From contig JBJOMY010000001.1 in assembly GCA_046052125.1 (NCBI GenBank), positions 384,001 through 448,000 on the forward strand: a stretch of DNA of 64,000 bases. The letters are read 5' to 3'. The DNA comes from Cyanobacteriota bacterium (GTDB taxonomy: Bacteria; Cyanobacteriota; Cyanobacteriia; PCC-6307; Cyanobiaceae). The translations under genes and the position numbers were made by a program. Positions 49,443 through 59,142 of the stretch are shown in pieces. The notes under the pieces were generated by a model. It had not been told where the DNA came from. It saw only the letters and a program-made list of their open reading frames with translations, and did not search any database. Each line of letters starts with the position of its first letter. Position 1 is the first letter of the stretch.

Positions 49443-49844
49443 TTATGAATCGCGGACCAGCAACAGCAGAGCGTTGTCCTCCGGATCCAGCAGCCACACC
49501 TCTGAACCGAACGATTCCTGGCGGGGCGCATCGAGCCGCTGGGCGCCAAGGCCGATGGCCTGCTCCATCCAGTCCGCCAGCACCGCCGCATCGCCATTGC
49601 GACGCAGACACACCGCCAGGCGGCCGCGCTGGCGCGGCTGGGGCCGGCTGCGGCTGGGTTGATACACCTCCAACCAGCCCGCGGCGGGCAGGGCCACGCG
49701 CCAGTGGCGGCTACTCAAACCAGGCTGGAGCGGCTGATCCACCAGGGCGGCATAGAAACCGGCCAGGGCCTGGGCGTCATCGGCGGCCAGCACCAGCGCG
49801 GCTTCAGGGGGAGAGATCAAGTTGAAGCGATCGATGATGGCCAC
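49443..49844 (-). CDS. VOC/glyoxalase family protein
   Basis: LAGFYA, ESFG-x-E-x-W-x-x-DPEDN. Confidence 0.8.
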   Translation of the reverse strand: MAIIDRFNLISPPEAALVLAADDAQALAGFYAALVDQPLQPGLSSRHWRVALPAAGWLEVYQPSRSRPQPRQRGRLAVCLRRNGDAAVLADWMEQAIGLGAQRLDAPRQESFGSEVWLLDPEDNALLLLVRDS

Positions 49845-50001
49845 TCGCCCGTGGTAGCAGGACCGGCGCGCTGATCACCAGAGCACCAGAGTTCCAGGCC
49901 AAAGAGTGTGCACTGAACGAATCGCGGGATAGGGAATACGGCAGGATGAACACCACACCGGCAAAGCCTCAGGGCGATGCCTTTTTTATGTCGCTGCGCC
50001 G

Positions 50002-51195
50002 ATGCTGCGCCCGCCCTCTCAGCGCCCATTGACGCTGTCCGCCCGGGCCGAGGCTCTTCAGCCTTCCCTCACCCTGGCCATCGCCGCCAAAGCCAAGGCG
50101 CTGAAGGCCGAAGGCCACGACATCTGCAGCCTCAGCGCCGGCGAGCCCGACTTCGATACCCCAGCCTTCATCTGCGAGGCGGCCGCAGAAGCTCTGCGCA
50201 GCGGCCACACCCGCTACGGCCCGGCTGCCGGTGAACCGGCTCTACGGGAGGCGATCGCCGCCAAGCTCAGCCGTGAAAACCAGGTGCCCACCCGCACGGA
50301 GCAGGTGCTGGTGACCAATGGCGGCAAACAGGCGCTCTACAACCTCTTCCAGGTGCTGCTCGGCCCGGGCGATGAATTGCTGCTGCCCGCGCCCTACTGG
50401 TTGAGCTACCCGGAAATCGCTCAGCTGGCCGGCGCTTCCGTGCGGATCCTGCCGAGCGCCGCTGCCGATGGCTTCCGCCTCGACCCGGCCCAGCTGGAGG
50501 CGGCCATCAGCCCGGCCAGCAAGCTGCTCGTGCTCAATAGCCCCAGCAATCCCACGGGCATGGTGCTGAGCCGCGCGGAGCTCGAAGCCATCGCTGCTGT
50601 TCTGCGCCGCCATCCCCAGGTGGCGGTGGTCTGCGATGAGATCTACGAGTTTCTGTTGGCCCCAGGCCACCAGCACCACAGCCTGGCGGCGGTGGCTCCA
50701 GATCTGGCGGATCGGATCTTCAGCGTGAACGGCTTTGCCAAGGGTTGGGCGATGACGGGCTGGCGCATCGGCTGGCTGGCTGGCAATAGCGAGGTGGTGA
50801 AGGCCGCAATCGCCCTGCAGAGCCAGAGCACTAGCAATGTGTGCAGCTTCGCCCAGTTCGGCGCCCTCGCAGCGATCGAGGCCTCCCGCGACTGCGTGCA
50901 AGCCATGGCCAGCTGTTTCAACGAACGGCGCCAGCTGCTCAGCGACGGACTTCAGGCCATCGCCGGACTGCAGCTGCTGCCGCCGGAAGGTGCGTTTTAC
51001 GCCTTCCCCGATGTGAGCAGCACGGGCCTCGACTCGATGACCTTCTGCAATCGCCTGCTCGATGAGCAGGGCCTGGCCGTGGTGCCGGGTGTGGCCTTCG
51101 GCGATGACCACTGCATTCGTCTGTCGTGCGCTGCAGGCAACGCCACCATCGAAGACGGGCTCGCCCGGCTGGAGCGCTTCATTACCAGCCTTTAA
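50002..51195 (+). CDS. aspC: Aspartate aminotransferase-family PLP enzyme (class I)
   Basis: GEPDFDTP, NGGKQAL, NSPSNPTG, DEIYE, NGFAKGWAMTGWRIG. Confidence 0.88.
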   Translation: MLRPPSQRPLTLSARAEALQPSLTLAIAAKAKALKAEGHDICSLSAGEPDFDTPAFICEAAAEALRSGHTRYGPAAGEPALREAIAAKLSRENQVPTRTEQVLVTNGGKQALYNLFQVLLGPGDELLLPAPYWLSYPEIAQLAGASVRILPSAAADGFRLDPAQLEAAISPASKLLVLNSPSNPTGMVLSRAELEAIAAVLRRHPQVAVVCDEIYEFLLAPGHQHHSLAAVAPDLADRIFSVNGFAKGWAMTGWRIGWLAGNSEVVKAAIALQSQSTSNVCSFAQFGALAAIEASRDCVQAMASCFNERRQLLSDGLQAIAGLQLLPPEGAFYAFPDVSSTGLDSMTFCNRLLDEQGLAVVPGVAFGDDHCIRLSCAAGNATIEDGLARLERFITSL

Positions 51196-51255
51196 TCAGC
51201 GTTGCTGCCGGAGAATCGGGCCGCACCTTCGTGGCGGACCTCTCCGCAGCGCAGC

Positions 51256-52215
51256 ATGTTCAGCCTTCTCCCCCGCGGCCGAGAACGTTCGGCCGCCGTG
51301 CTGGCCGGCCTCAGCCTGGCCCTCACTCCGGCGGCCCTTCCTGTTGTTGCGCCGGCGTTGCAGCCCCTGCCGGCAGCCCAGGCCCAGCAGAGCAACAAAC
51401 CGGTGCTGCGCATCGGCGCCATCCCCGATCAGAAGCCTGAGAAGCTGAACCGGCTCTACGGACTGGTGGCCAACGAGCTGAGCAAGCAGCTCGGCGTGCC
51501 GGTGCAGTACCTGCCCGTGACCAATTACGCCGCAGCGGTGAGCGCCTTCCGCACCGGCAACCTCGATCTCGTGTGGTTCGGCGGCCTCACCGGCGTGCAG
51601 GCCCGTCTCCAGAAACCCGGCGCCCAGGTGCTGGCGCAGCGGGACATCGACGCCTCCTTCCACACCATCTTCATCGCCAACACCAAGAGCGGTCTCAAGC
51701 CCGTCACCAACGTGAAGGGCTTGAGCGAGCTGAAGGGCAAGCGCTTCACCTTCGGCTCCGACAGCTCCACCTCAGGCCGGTTGATGCCGGAATACTTCCT
51801 CGGCCAGGCGGGTGTGAAGCCGTCCCAGTTCGCCGGCGGTGCGGCGGGCTTCAGCGGCAGCCATGACGCCACCATCGCCCTGGTGCAGAGCGGCGCCTAT
51901 GACGCCGGCGCCGTGAATGAACAGGTGTGGCGCTCCAGCCTTCACGACGGCAAAGCCAACCGCTCCAAGGTGATGGCGATCTGGAAGACCCCGGGCTACC
52001 CCGACTACCACTGGATCGCTCAGCCCAACCTCGATAAGCGCTTCGGCAAAGGCTTCACCGGTCGGATCCAGAAGGCGATCCTCAGCTGGCGGCCCAGCAA
52101 CCCCGAACAGAAGCAGATCCTGAGCCTGTTCGGAGCCCAGCAGTTCACCACGGCCAACGCCAACGCCTACGGCCGGATCGAACAGGTGGGTCGTCAGATC
52201 GGGAAAATCCGCTGA
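51256..52215 (+). CDS. phnD: Phosphonate/phosphite/phosphate ABC substrate-binding protein
   Basis: IGAIPDQ, TNY, SSTSG, GSHD, YPDYHW motifs; signal peptide. Confidence 0.88.
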   Translation: MFSLLPRGRERSAAVLAGLSLALTPAALPVVAPALQPLPAAQAQQSNKPVLRIGAIPDQKPEKLNRLYGLVANELSKQLGVPVQYLPVTNYAAAVSAFRTGNLDLVWFGGLTGVQARLQKPGAQVLAQRDIDASFHTIFIANTKSGLKPVTNVKGLSELKGKRFTFGSDSSTSGRLMPEYFLGQAGVKPSQFAGGAAGFSGSHDATIALVQSGAYDAGAVNEQVWRSSLHDGKANRSKVMAIWKTPGYPDYHWIAQPNLDKRFGKGFTGRIQKAILSWRPSNPEQKQILSLFGAQQFTTANANAYGRIEQVGRQIGKIR

Positions 52216-52279
52216 TCGCGGGCCTTCAGACGCAGCAGGCAGCAGAATCGGGAGGCAACAAGCGCTGGCGCTTCTCCCG

Positions 52280-52507
52280 ATGACGCTGCTGCTCGATCTG
52301 GTGCTGGTGGTGGCAGGGCTGCTGCTCTGGCAGCGGAGTTGCAGCGAGGGTGATGACGTGTGGGTGCTGTTTCTGCGCTCCCTGGCGGTGATCGATCTCG
52401 CCGTGATCGCCCTCGGCAACGGGGTGCTGTGGCTCGAGATTCCGCTGCTGGTGTTGGCCCTCACCCTGCCATCGGTAAAACGCATCGATGCGGAGGAACG
52501 GCGCTAA
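52280..52507 (+). CDS. Small membrane protein (75 aa)
   Basis: ATG-initiated, 2-3 hydrophobic segments, fills part of the phnD-phnC gap. Confidence 0.6.
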   Translation: MTLLLDLVLVVAGLLLWQRSCSEGDDVWVLFLRSLAVIDLAVIALGNGVLWLEIPLLVLALTLPSVKRIDAEERR

Positions 52508-52593
52508 TGAATCCCCGCGGGCCTGACATCATCGAGCTGATGCTGGTGGGGCTAATCCTGGCGTTGATGGCCTTCCGCTTCAGCACGCTCTGA
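52507..52593 (+). CDS. Putative 28-aa single-TM peptide
   Basis: TAATG stop/start overlap; MNPRGPDIIELMLVGLILALMAFRFSTL. Confidence 0.45.
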   Translation: MNPRGPDIIELMLVGLILALMAFRFSTL

Positions 52594-52626
52594 GCCAGTT
52601 CCGGCCGGCAGGCACAGTGGGATGCC

Positions 52627-53415
52627 ATGGCGGCACCCTCACGTCCCGGCTTTGGTGAAGGCGGTAGCCCCGTACTGGAGCTGCGTGTCATCCATGTGCC
52701 TGGCCGCCAGCAGCCCCGCCTCGATGGGATCTCACTGCGGCTTAAGGCTGGTGAGCGCGTGGCGCTGCTGGGGGCCAGCGGCGCGGGCAAAAGCACGCTG
52801 CTGGCAGTGGCCAATGGCCTGCTGCAGCCCGAGCATGGCGAGGTGCTCTGGGGCGGTGAACCAATGGCACACCGGCGGCGTTCGCGGCGGCGGCAGCAGG
52901 CCCGGATCGGCACCCTGTGGCAAGACCTGCGCCTGATCGAAGAACTCAGCGTGCAGCAGAACCTCAACAGCGGTCGGCTGGCCAGCTGGGGCTGGCCCAG
53001 GGCGCTGCTCAACCTGCTGCTGCCGCTGGAGAGCGAAGCCTGCTCCCAGGCCCTGCGCCAGGTGGATCTTGATCCTCAGCTGCTGAATCAACCCGTTGGA
53101 GAGCTGTCGGGCGGACAACGGCAGCGCGTGGCCATCGCCCGCCTGCTGCGCCAGCAACCAGAGCTGCTGCTGGCCGACGAGCCTTTGGCAAGCCTCGACC
53201 CACGCCTGGTGAGGGATCTGCTGGAGCTGCTGCTGGAGCAGGGCAGGGCACCACGGGCCCTGCTGCTGAGCCTGCACCGCCCGGATCTGCTGGATGGATT
53301 TGATCGAGTGATCGGTCTGCGCCAGGGCCGCCTTTGCTTCGATCGAGGGATCCAGGAGCTGAGCAGCAGCGAGGTGGAGGCTCTGTATGCCGGCCTTCAA
53401 CCGGTGCCGGCCTGA
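52627..53415 (+). CDS. phnC: Phosphonate-type ABC ATP-binding protein
   Basis: [37 protein letters not shown]. Confidence 0.88.
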   Translation: MAAPSRPGFGEGGSPVLELRVIHVPGRQQPRLDGISLRLKAGERVALLGASGAGKSTLLAVANGLLQPEHGEVLWGGEPMAHRRRSRRRQQARIGTLWQDLRLIEELSVQQNLNSGRLASWGWPRALLNLLLPLESEACSQALRQVDLDPQLLNQPVGELSGGQRQRVAIARLLRQQPELLLADEPLASLDPRLVRDLLELLLEQGRAPRALLLSLHRPDLLDGFDRVIGLRQGRLCFDRGIQELSSSEVEALYAGLQPVPA

Positions 53416-54956
53416 TGAAACCGGCTGCCCCACTGCTGGTGCTGGCGCCGGCGCTGGTGTTGCTGCCTGTGCTGCTGCTGCTCCCCTCGCTGCTGCACGG
53501 CGGCGGCTGGGATCTGATCGGCCAGTTTCTGCTGGCAGCGGTGCAGCCCTCCACCGATCCCGTGGTGCTCAACGCGCTGCTGCACGGGCTAGGCATCACC
53601 GCCGGCATGGCCCTGCTGGGCTGGTTCTGCAGCCTGTTGCTCGGGGTGGTCGCTGGCCTGGCCAGCTCACGCTTGCTTTGGCGCACCCTCATCGGCCATG
53701 CCTGGCCAGCGGAACTGCTGCGCCGAGTGCTGGCGATCCCTCGCTCGATTCATGAGCTGATCTGGGGCCTGCTGCTGCTTCAACTGGTGGGTCTGCAGCC
53801 GGCGATCGCGGTGCTCGCCATCGCGATTCCCTACGGCGCCTTGGTGGCCCGGGTGGTGAGCGACCTGCTCGATGCATTGCCCGACTCAAACCTCCAGGCC
53901 CTGATCACCGCGGGCAGCCCTGCACCTGCTGCCCTGCTCACAGCCATGGGACCGCCGCTGCTGCCGGGGCTGATCAGCTACGGCGGCTACCGCCTTGAAT
54001 GCGCCCTGCGCAGCGCCACGTTGCTGGGGGTGTTCGGGCTGGGTGGCCTGGGTAATGAGCTGCTGCTCACCCTGCAATCACTCGAATTCCGTGAGCTGTG
54101 GAGCGGCCTGTGGCTGCTACTGGCGGTGATGCTCAGCCTTGAAGCGCTGACTGGAAGCCTGCGCAGGCGCTGGGGGATGCCGGCGCGGTTCAGCCTGAAG
54201 AGTTCGGGCGTGGGACGACGTGGCCGGGAACTGGTGCTGGCGGCAGTGATCCTGGTGCCCGTGGTGTTTGGCGTGGGCCGCGCCATGGCCATCGATCCTG
54301 CAGCTGTGTTGCATTGGCAGGCCTTGCCGCCCGTGGCCCCAGGAGGCTGGGGATCGGCCCTGGCCCTGCCCTGGCCCAGCCTGGTGTTCAACACGGTGCT
54401 GCTCACCCTGCTGGCGGCGGCGCTGGCCGTTGGGGTGGCGCCGCTGTTGCTGCTGTTGGTGGCGCCATGGCCCTGGGGGCAACAGCTGCTGCAGCTGTTC
54501 TGGGCGATCGGGCGACTGTGGCCACCACCGCTCACGGCACTCCTATTGCTGTTCGTGCTCAAGCCAGGCGTGATCACCGCCGCCCTGGCCCTGGGCTTCC
54601 ACAACCTGGGCATCCTTGGGCGGCTGTTGCTGGAGGGCAGCGAGGCAGCAGGTCCTGAGCAGCAGCAGGCCCTGGAGTGCGCCGGCTGCGGCCCGCGGCT
54701 CGCTTTGCTCTATGGGCGCTTCAGCGGGCTTGCACGTTCGTATCTGGCCTACGGGGCCTATCGCGCCGATGTGATCCTCAGGGAAACGGTGGTGGTGGGA
54801 TTGGTGGCAGGCACCGGGCTGGGCAGCCAGCTCACCGAAAGCCTCAGCTCGTTCGCCTTCGATCAGTTGCTGCTGCTGCTCGGGGCTTACGCCGTGCTCA
54901 CCCTGCTGGGTGAAGATCTCAGCGACCGCGCCCGCCACCGGCTGCTGCAGCAATGA
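53415..54956 (+). CDS. phnE: Phosphonate-type ABC permease, two fused domains
   Basis: RSIHELIW, YRLECALRSATLLGVFGLGGLG and a second repeat YRADVILRETVVVGLVAGTGLG; TGATG overlap with phnC. Confidence 0.88.
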   Translation: MKPAAPLLVLAPALVLLPVLLLLPSLLHGGGWDLIGQFLLAAVQPSTDPVVLNALLHGLGITAGMALLGWFCSLLLGVVAGLASSRLLWRTLIGHAWPAELLRRVLAIPRSIHELIWGLLLLQLVGLQPAIAVLAIAIPYGALVARVVSDLLDALPDSNLQALITAGSPAPAALLTAMGPPLLPGLISYGGYRLECALRSATLLGVFGLGGLGNELLLTLQSLEFRELWSGLWLLLAVMLSLEALTGSLRRRWGMPARFSLKSSGVGRRGRELVLAAVILVPVVFGVGRAMAIDPAAVLHWQALPPVAPGGWGSALALPWPSLVFNTVLLTLLAAALAVGVAPLLLLLVAPWPWGQQLLQLFWAIGRLWPPPLTALLLLFVLKPGVITAALALGFHNLGILGRLLLEGSEAAGPEQQQALECAGCGPRLALLYGRFSGLARSYLAYGAYRADVILRETVVVGLVAGTGLGSQLTESLSSFAFDQLLLLLGAYAVLTLLGEDLSDRARHRLLQQ

Positions 54957-55630
54957 GCCTCACCATCCCCCGCAAGCTGATCGTGCTCGGGGACAGTGGC
55001 GTGGTGGGCTGGGGGGATCCAGAGCAGGGCGGCTGGTGTGAACGGCTGCGGCGCCATTGGATGGGCCTGCCCAATGGGCCGGTGCTTTACCCCCTGGGGG
55101 TGCGCGGCGATGGGCTGGAACGGGTGGCAGCGCGGTTAGTTCCTGAGGTGAACTGTCGCGGAGAGCTGCGCCGCCAGAGGCCCCAAGGCATCCTGCTGGC
55201 GATGGGCCTCAACGACAGTGCGCGGGTGGGCCGAGCCGATGGCCGCCCTCAGCTGGATGCGGAAGGGTTTCTGTTTGGCTTTCAGCAGCTGCTGCTGCAG
55301 GCGAAACAACTCGCTCCAGTGCTGGTGCTGGGGCTCACGCCGGTGGATGAAGCCGTGATGCCCTATGCCGAGCTGCTCTGGTATCAGCTGGAGCAGGTGC
55401 GGCGCTACGAAGCTCTGCTGGAGGAGGCCTGCCTGGAGGCAGATGTGCCGTTCCTTCCCCTGCTCGAGTCGCTGCTGAGCGATCCGAATTGGCTGCAATG
55501 GCTAAGCAGCGATGGGATCCACCTCAACAGCGAAGGGCATCGCCAGGTGTATGAGCGGGTCTGCCGCTGGCCGGCTCTGTTGCGTTGGGCCGATCTCGAA
55601 CCGCTGGCACTCAACAGCGTGAGTTTCTGA
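54953..55630 (+). CDS. GDSL/SGNH esterase
   Basis: LGDS, GVRGD, GLND, DGIHLNSEGH. Confidence 0.9.
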   Translation: MSLTIPRKLIVLGDSGVVGWGDPEQGGWCERLRRHWMGLPNGPVLYPLGVRGDGLERVAARLVPEVNCRGELRRQRPQGILLAMGLNDSARVGRADGRPQLDAEGFLFGFQQLLLQAKQLAPVLVLGLTPVDEAVMPYAELLWYQLEQVRRYEALLEEACLEADVPFLPLLESLLSDPNWLQWLSSDGIHLNSEGHRQVYERVCRWPALLRWADLEPLALNSVSF

Positions 55631-55745
55631 GGCCACGCGCCCCAGGGATCCATCCCCCCATCGGGGGATCGTGATTCCGCCTCAAGGGGGAGTGGCCGAG
55701 CAGCCCAAGCGAATGAGCGTGGAATCACGCCATGGCTCTCTGCCG

Positions 55746-56537
55746 ATGACAACCTTCCACGCCTGCTCCGACCACAGCCAACGCAATGCCGAGCTGCTGG
55801 CCGCTTATCAGCGCTGCCGCAGCGCCAGCAACCGCAATGCGGTGATCCGCGCCAACCTGCCGCTGGTGTGGCGAGTAGCGCGCCAGGAGGCCAAACGCAG
55901 TGGCCACAGCTTTGAAGACCTCACCCAGGAAGGCTCACTCGGGCTGATTCAGGCTGTGGAGCGATTTGACCCCAGCCGCGGTCACACCCTCAGCACCGTG
56001 GCAACGCCCTGGATTCGCGGAGCGATCCGGCACTATCTGCGCGACCGCTGCCATGGCGTGAGCGGCAGCCATCACCTGCTGGATCTGTATCGCCGCGGCC
56101 AGGCGCTCCTGCAGCAGCGGCAGCAGCAGGGGCTGCCGAGCCTCGATGGCGACGCGCTGGCCCAGGCCCTTGGCTGCACGCAGGAGCGCTGGGAGCTTGC
56201 CCTCGCCCGCCAGCGCAGCCTGCAGCTCGCCAGCCTGGAGCAGCCGCAGCTCGATGAGGAGGGCAACGCCAGCCCGCTGAGCGATCTACTTGCCGATCCA
56301 CGGCCCCAGGAGCGCTACGCCCAAGCGATCCGCTGGGAGCAGCGCCGTCATATCTGGCGAGTCCTGCGCCGGCTGGAGCGCAAGCAACGGCATTTGGTTC
56401 TCGGGCGCCTGCTGCAGCGGCTCACCTGGCGTGAATTGGCACGTCGCTACAACCTCAGCCCGAAGGTGGCCCAACGCAGCGGCGAGCGTTTGATACTCGA
56501 CCTGCGCCAGCAGCTGCTGCCCCTGCTGGGCAGCTAA
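55746..56537 (+). CDS. Group 3 sigma-70 factor (SigF-like)
   Basis: NLPLV, EDLTQEGSLGLIQAVERFDP, PWIRGAIRHYLRD; degenerate region 4. Start uncertain. Confidence 0.85.
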   Translation: MTTFHACSDHSQRNAELLAAYQRCRSASNRNAVIRANLPLVWRVARQEAKRSGHSFEDLTQEGSLGLIQAVERFDPSRGHTLSTVATPWIRGAIRHYLRDRCHGVSGSHHLLDLYRRGQALLQQRQQQGLPSLDGDALAQALGCTQERWELALARQRSLQLASLEQPQLDEEGNASPLSDLLADPRPQERYAQAIRWEQRRHIWRVLRRLERKQRHLVLGRLLQRLTWRELARRYNLSPKVAQRSGERLILDLRQQLLPLLGS

Positions 56538-56540
56538 CGC

Positions 56541-57305
56541 TCAGGCCAGGCCCAGCGAAGCCGCCACCGCCATCGCCAACAGGGCTGCGATCAGGGTCTG
56601 CAGGGCGTTCACCAGTTCGTTGCTCAACCAGGGGCAGCGCTGCTGCAGGCCGGCGCCGATCACGCTCTCCAGCAGGGTGGCCACCAGCCCCACGATCACC
56701 ACCAGCAGCCAGGCCGCCGCTCCTTCGAGCAGGCCCAGCTGCTGCATCACCAAGGCCATCAGGGCACTGCCGAGCAGGCTGGCCAGCGTGCCCTCCAGGC
56801 TGATCCCCCCCTCCGTGCCTGGCGGCACAGGCTGCAGGGTGGTGATCAACAGCGTGCGGCGGCCCCAGCGCTTGCCGATCTCACTGCCGAAGGTATCGGC
56901 CAGCTTGGCGCTGAAACTGGCGGCAAACCCCAGCTTGAGCAGCAGCACCGGCGCCGAGGGCAACACGGTGAGCAACGCCAGTGCTGCACCGGTGGATGCC
57001 GATCCCCACACGTTTTCTGGCCCGCGGCGACCGCCGCGGGCTTCCGCCAGACCCTGATCCTGCTTGCGGCGAAAACCGAGGCGTGTGACCAGCGATCCGA
57101 GGGCCAGATAGAGCACCACCGCCCACCAGCCCGGCCAATCGAGGCTGCCCAGCAGCAGGGTGCCGAGCACCCCGGCATGCACCCAGCCCGCCCGGGTGAG
57201 CAGGGGCAAGCGCTGGGCCAGCGTAATCAGCACCCCATTGATCAACAGGGCCACAGCCCAGTGCTGGAGGCGATCGGCACTTAGCAGAACCTGAAGTTCA
57301 AGCAT
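56541..57305 (-). CDS. DUF92/TIGR00297 membrane protein
   Basis: GRRGPENVWGS, KLADTFGSEIGKRWG, PGTEGGISLEG, ES-x-IGA, NELVN. Confidence 0.9.
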   Translation of the reverse strand: MLELQVLLSADRLQHWAVALLINGVLITLAQRLPLLTRAGWVHAGVLGTLLLGSLDWPGWWAVVLYLALGSLVTRLGFRRKQDQGLAEARGGRRGPENVWGSASTGAALALLTVLPSAPVLLLKLGFAASFSAKLADTFGSEIGKRWGRRTLLITTLQPVPPGTEGGISLEGTLASLLGSALMALVMQQLGLLEGAAAWLLVVIVGLVATLLESVIGAGLQQRCPWLSNELVNALQTLIAALLAMAVAASLGLA

Positions 57306-57450
57306 GCACAGCAGGCTCGGCACTGCCAAGCGCAAGACACCGCCCCAGCACAACACGGCGCTGGCCAGTTCTGTTGCACTGCCCTAAGGGATCCAGCCCG
57401 AAGCCCCTGCGGCAGCGGATAATCCAGCCATCCGCCACACGATCGGCGCC

Positions 57451-57849
57451 ATGGTGTTCAACCGCAAGGGCAGCTTCTTCCTCAACCTCGATGAGAAGGC
57501 GCCCACTGCGCCGGCCACCGTGGCACCCGTCGCCAAGCCTGAAGCCAAGGCCGCCGCGAAGCCCAAGAGCGCAGCTGAACCGGCCGTCGCCGTGAACGCA
57601 GCCGCTGCAGCAACGCCCGCAGCTGAGCCCAGCAGCGCAGCAGCCCCCAGCGGCAACGTGCTCACCACGGCCGAAGCGATCGCCGCTGAACTGGCCGCCG
57701 AGCAGGCCGCCAAGCCCGCAACCAACGACTCCACCTTTGCTCCCGAGTGCGTGACCGCCGGAGGAGCGCTGCCGATGCGCCGCCGCCGTGGTGGCGCCAA
57801 CCTGGCCAGTTTCCGCAGCATGGCCGGCGGACTCTTCGGCAAGAAATAG
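57451..57849 (+). CDS. Hypothetical Ala/Pro-rich protein
   Basis: FFLNLD N-terminus, TFAP and RRR-x-GAN...FRSMA C-terminus; strong codon bias. Confidence 0.7.
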   Translation: MVFNRKGSFFLNLDEKAPTAPATVAPVAKPEAKAAAKPKSAAEPAVAVNAAAAATPAAEPSSAAAPSGNVLTTAEAIAAELAAEQAAKPATNDSTFAPECVTAGGALPMRRRRGGANLASFRSMAGGLFGKK

Positions 57850-57858
57850 TCCCGGGTT

Positions 57859-58611
57859 CTAGGTGTGGCTGGCGCGCCATCCGCTCAGCCAGGCCGCTCC
57901 AGCCACACACGCTGTTGAGCTGCGCAGGATGGTGGGGCCCAGCTGAACCGGTTGCCAGCCCTGCCCCTGGGCTTGCTGCTCCTCAGAGGGGCTCCACCCC
58001 CCTTCCGGTCCACAGGCCAACCAGATCTCCTCAATCCCTGGCTCGAGCGTCTGCAGGTGATCGACCAATAGCGGCAACTGTTGCTGGCGAGTCGTCGCCC
58101 AGAAACGCACCGCCCGCCGAGGCGATGGCAACAACACCTCGCTCAGGCGATGGGCCTCCTCGATCCTGGGCAACCAGAGCCGTTCACATTGCTCGGCGGC
58201 TTCGGCAGCAATGCTGAGCCAACGCTCCGGCCGCAGCTGACCCAGCACCGCCGTGCGCTCACAGAGCAGAGGCACCAGGCGATCCACGCCCAGCTCCACC
58301 GCCATCCGCACCACCAGGTCAAAGTCACGCTTCACCACCGCAGCGGCGAGCACCAGGGCGGGCTGAGGCGCTGGCTCTGCGCTGAGCGGCTGATCGAGGG
58401 GCTGGAGCAAACGGGCCCGCTCGCGATCCAGCAATTCGGCCTCCCAGAGATGGCCAACCCCATCCACCACCGCAAAAACGGCCCCGGGGCTGTAGCGCAA
58501 CACCTTGGTGAGATAGCGGCTGTGCTCAGCGCTGAGCAGAAACACACCATCAGCGCCGGCATCTAGCAGGTGCTGCGGTGGGATCAGCAGGCGCCGGCAC
58601 TCACGCGCCAT
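57859..58611 (-). CDS. rsmE: 16S rRNA m3U1498 methyltransferase
   Basis: YLTKVLR, VELGV, EAAEQCER, GPEGGWS, LGPTILRSSTA. Confidence 0.95.
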   Translation of the reverse strand: MARECRRLLIPPQHLLDAGADGVFLLSAEHSRYLTKVLRYSPGAVFAVVDGVGHLWEAELLDRERARLLQPLDQPLSAEPAPQPALVLAAAVVKRDFDLVVRMAVELGVDRLVPLLCERTAVLGQLRPERWLSIAAEAAEQCERLWLPRIEEAHRLSEVLLPSPRRAVRFWATTRQQQLPLLVDHLQTLEPGIEEIWLACGPEGGWSPSEEQQAQGQGWQPVQLGPTILRSSTACVAGAAWLSGWRASHT

Positions 58612-58613
58612 GC

Positions 58614-59072
58614 TCAGGCATCGGGATCGGAGAGCGGAAACAGGCTGTCGGGATGGTCTTCCACGGGCCAGTCGTCGTTCACGCCACCGATCAATAGCTC
58701 CACGATCTCCACCACATCGGTGTCGAGCTGGCGCAGGGTGTTGATCAACACGTCAAGCGCCAGTGCATCACTGGTGCCCAGATCCAGCCAGCAGCGGGCC
58801 CACTCACCGCGGTATTCCATCTCGCCCATGTTGTGCATCAGGGCGGGCATGGCGCGGGCGGCGGTGTCGGCGTCATAGGCCATGCCGCTGAGCTCAGCGC
58901 CCTCCTCCTGCACCTGCAGGTTCTCGGCGTTGAAGCCACCCAATTTGCCGAGGAAAAACCAGCTGTCGAACACGGTGTCGATGTAACCGCGCTCCCCTTG
59001 GCCAGGGGCATGGTTGAACCGCAACCAGATCCAGCAATTGAACGGATCGAACTCGCGGAAGCGAATCTCCAT
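58614..59072 (-). CDS. DUF3531 family protein
   Basis: FREFDPFNCWIW, SWFFLGKLGGFN, MHNMG, WLDLGTSD. Confidence 0.85.
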   Translation of the reverse strand: MEIRFREFDPFNCWIWLRFNHAPGQGERGYIDTVFDSWFFLGKLGGFNAENLQVQEEGAELSGMAYDADTAARAMPALMHNMGEMEYRGEWARCWLDLGTSDALALDVLINTLRQLDTDVVEIVELLIGGVNDDWPVEDHPDSLFPLSDPDA

Positions 59073-59142
59073 TGGGCCTTGGGCTGCGCAGCGTTGCCTC
59101 CATCAAACATGCTGGGGGCACCTGCAGGCCATGCCGCCGCTG

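Noticed and set aside
49948..49987. Yfr1 sRNA
   Set aside because: It has CACCACAC and a terminator but lacks the diagnostic ACTCCTCACAC motif.
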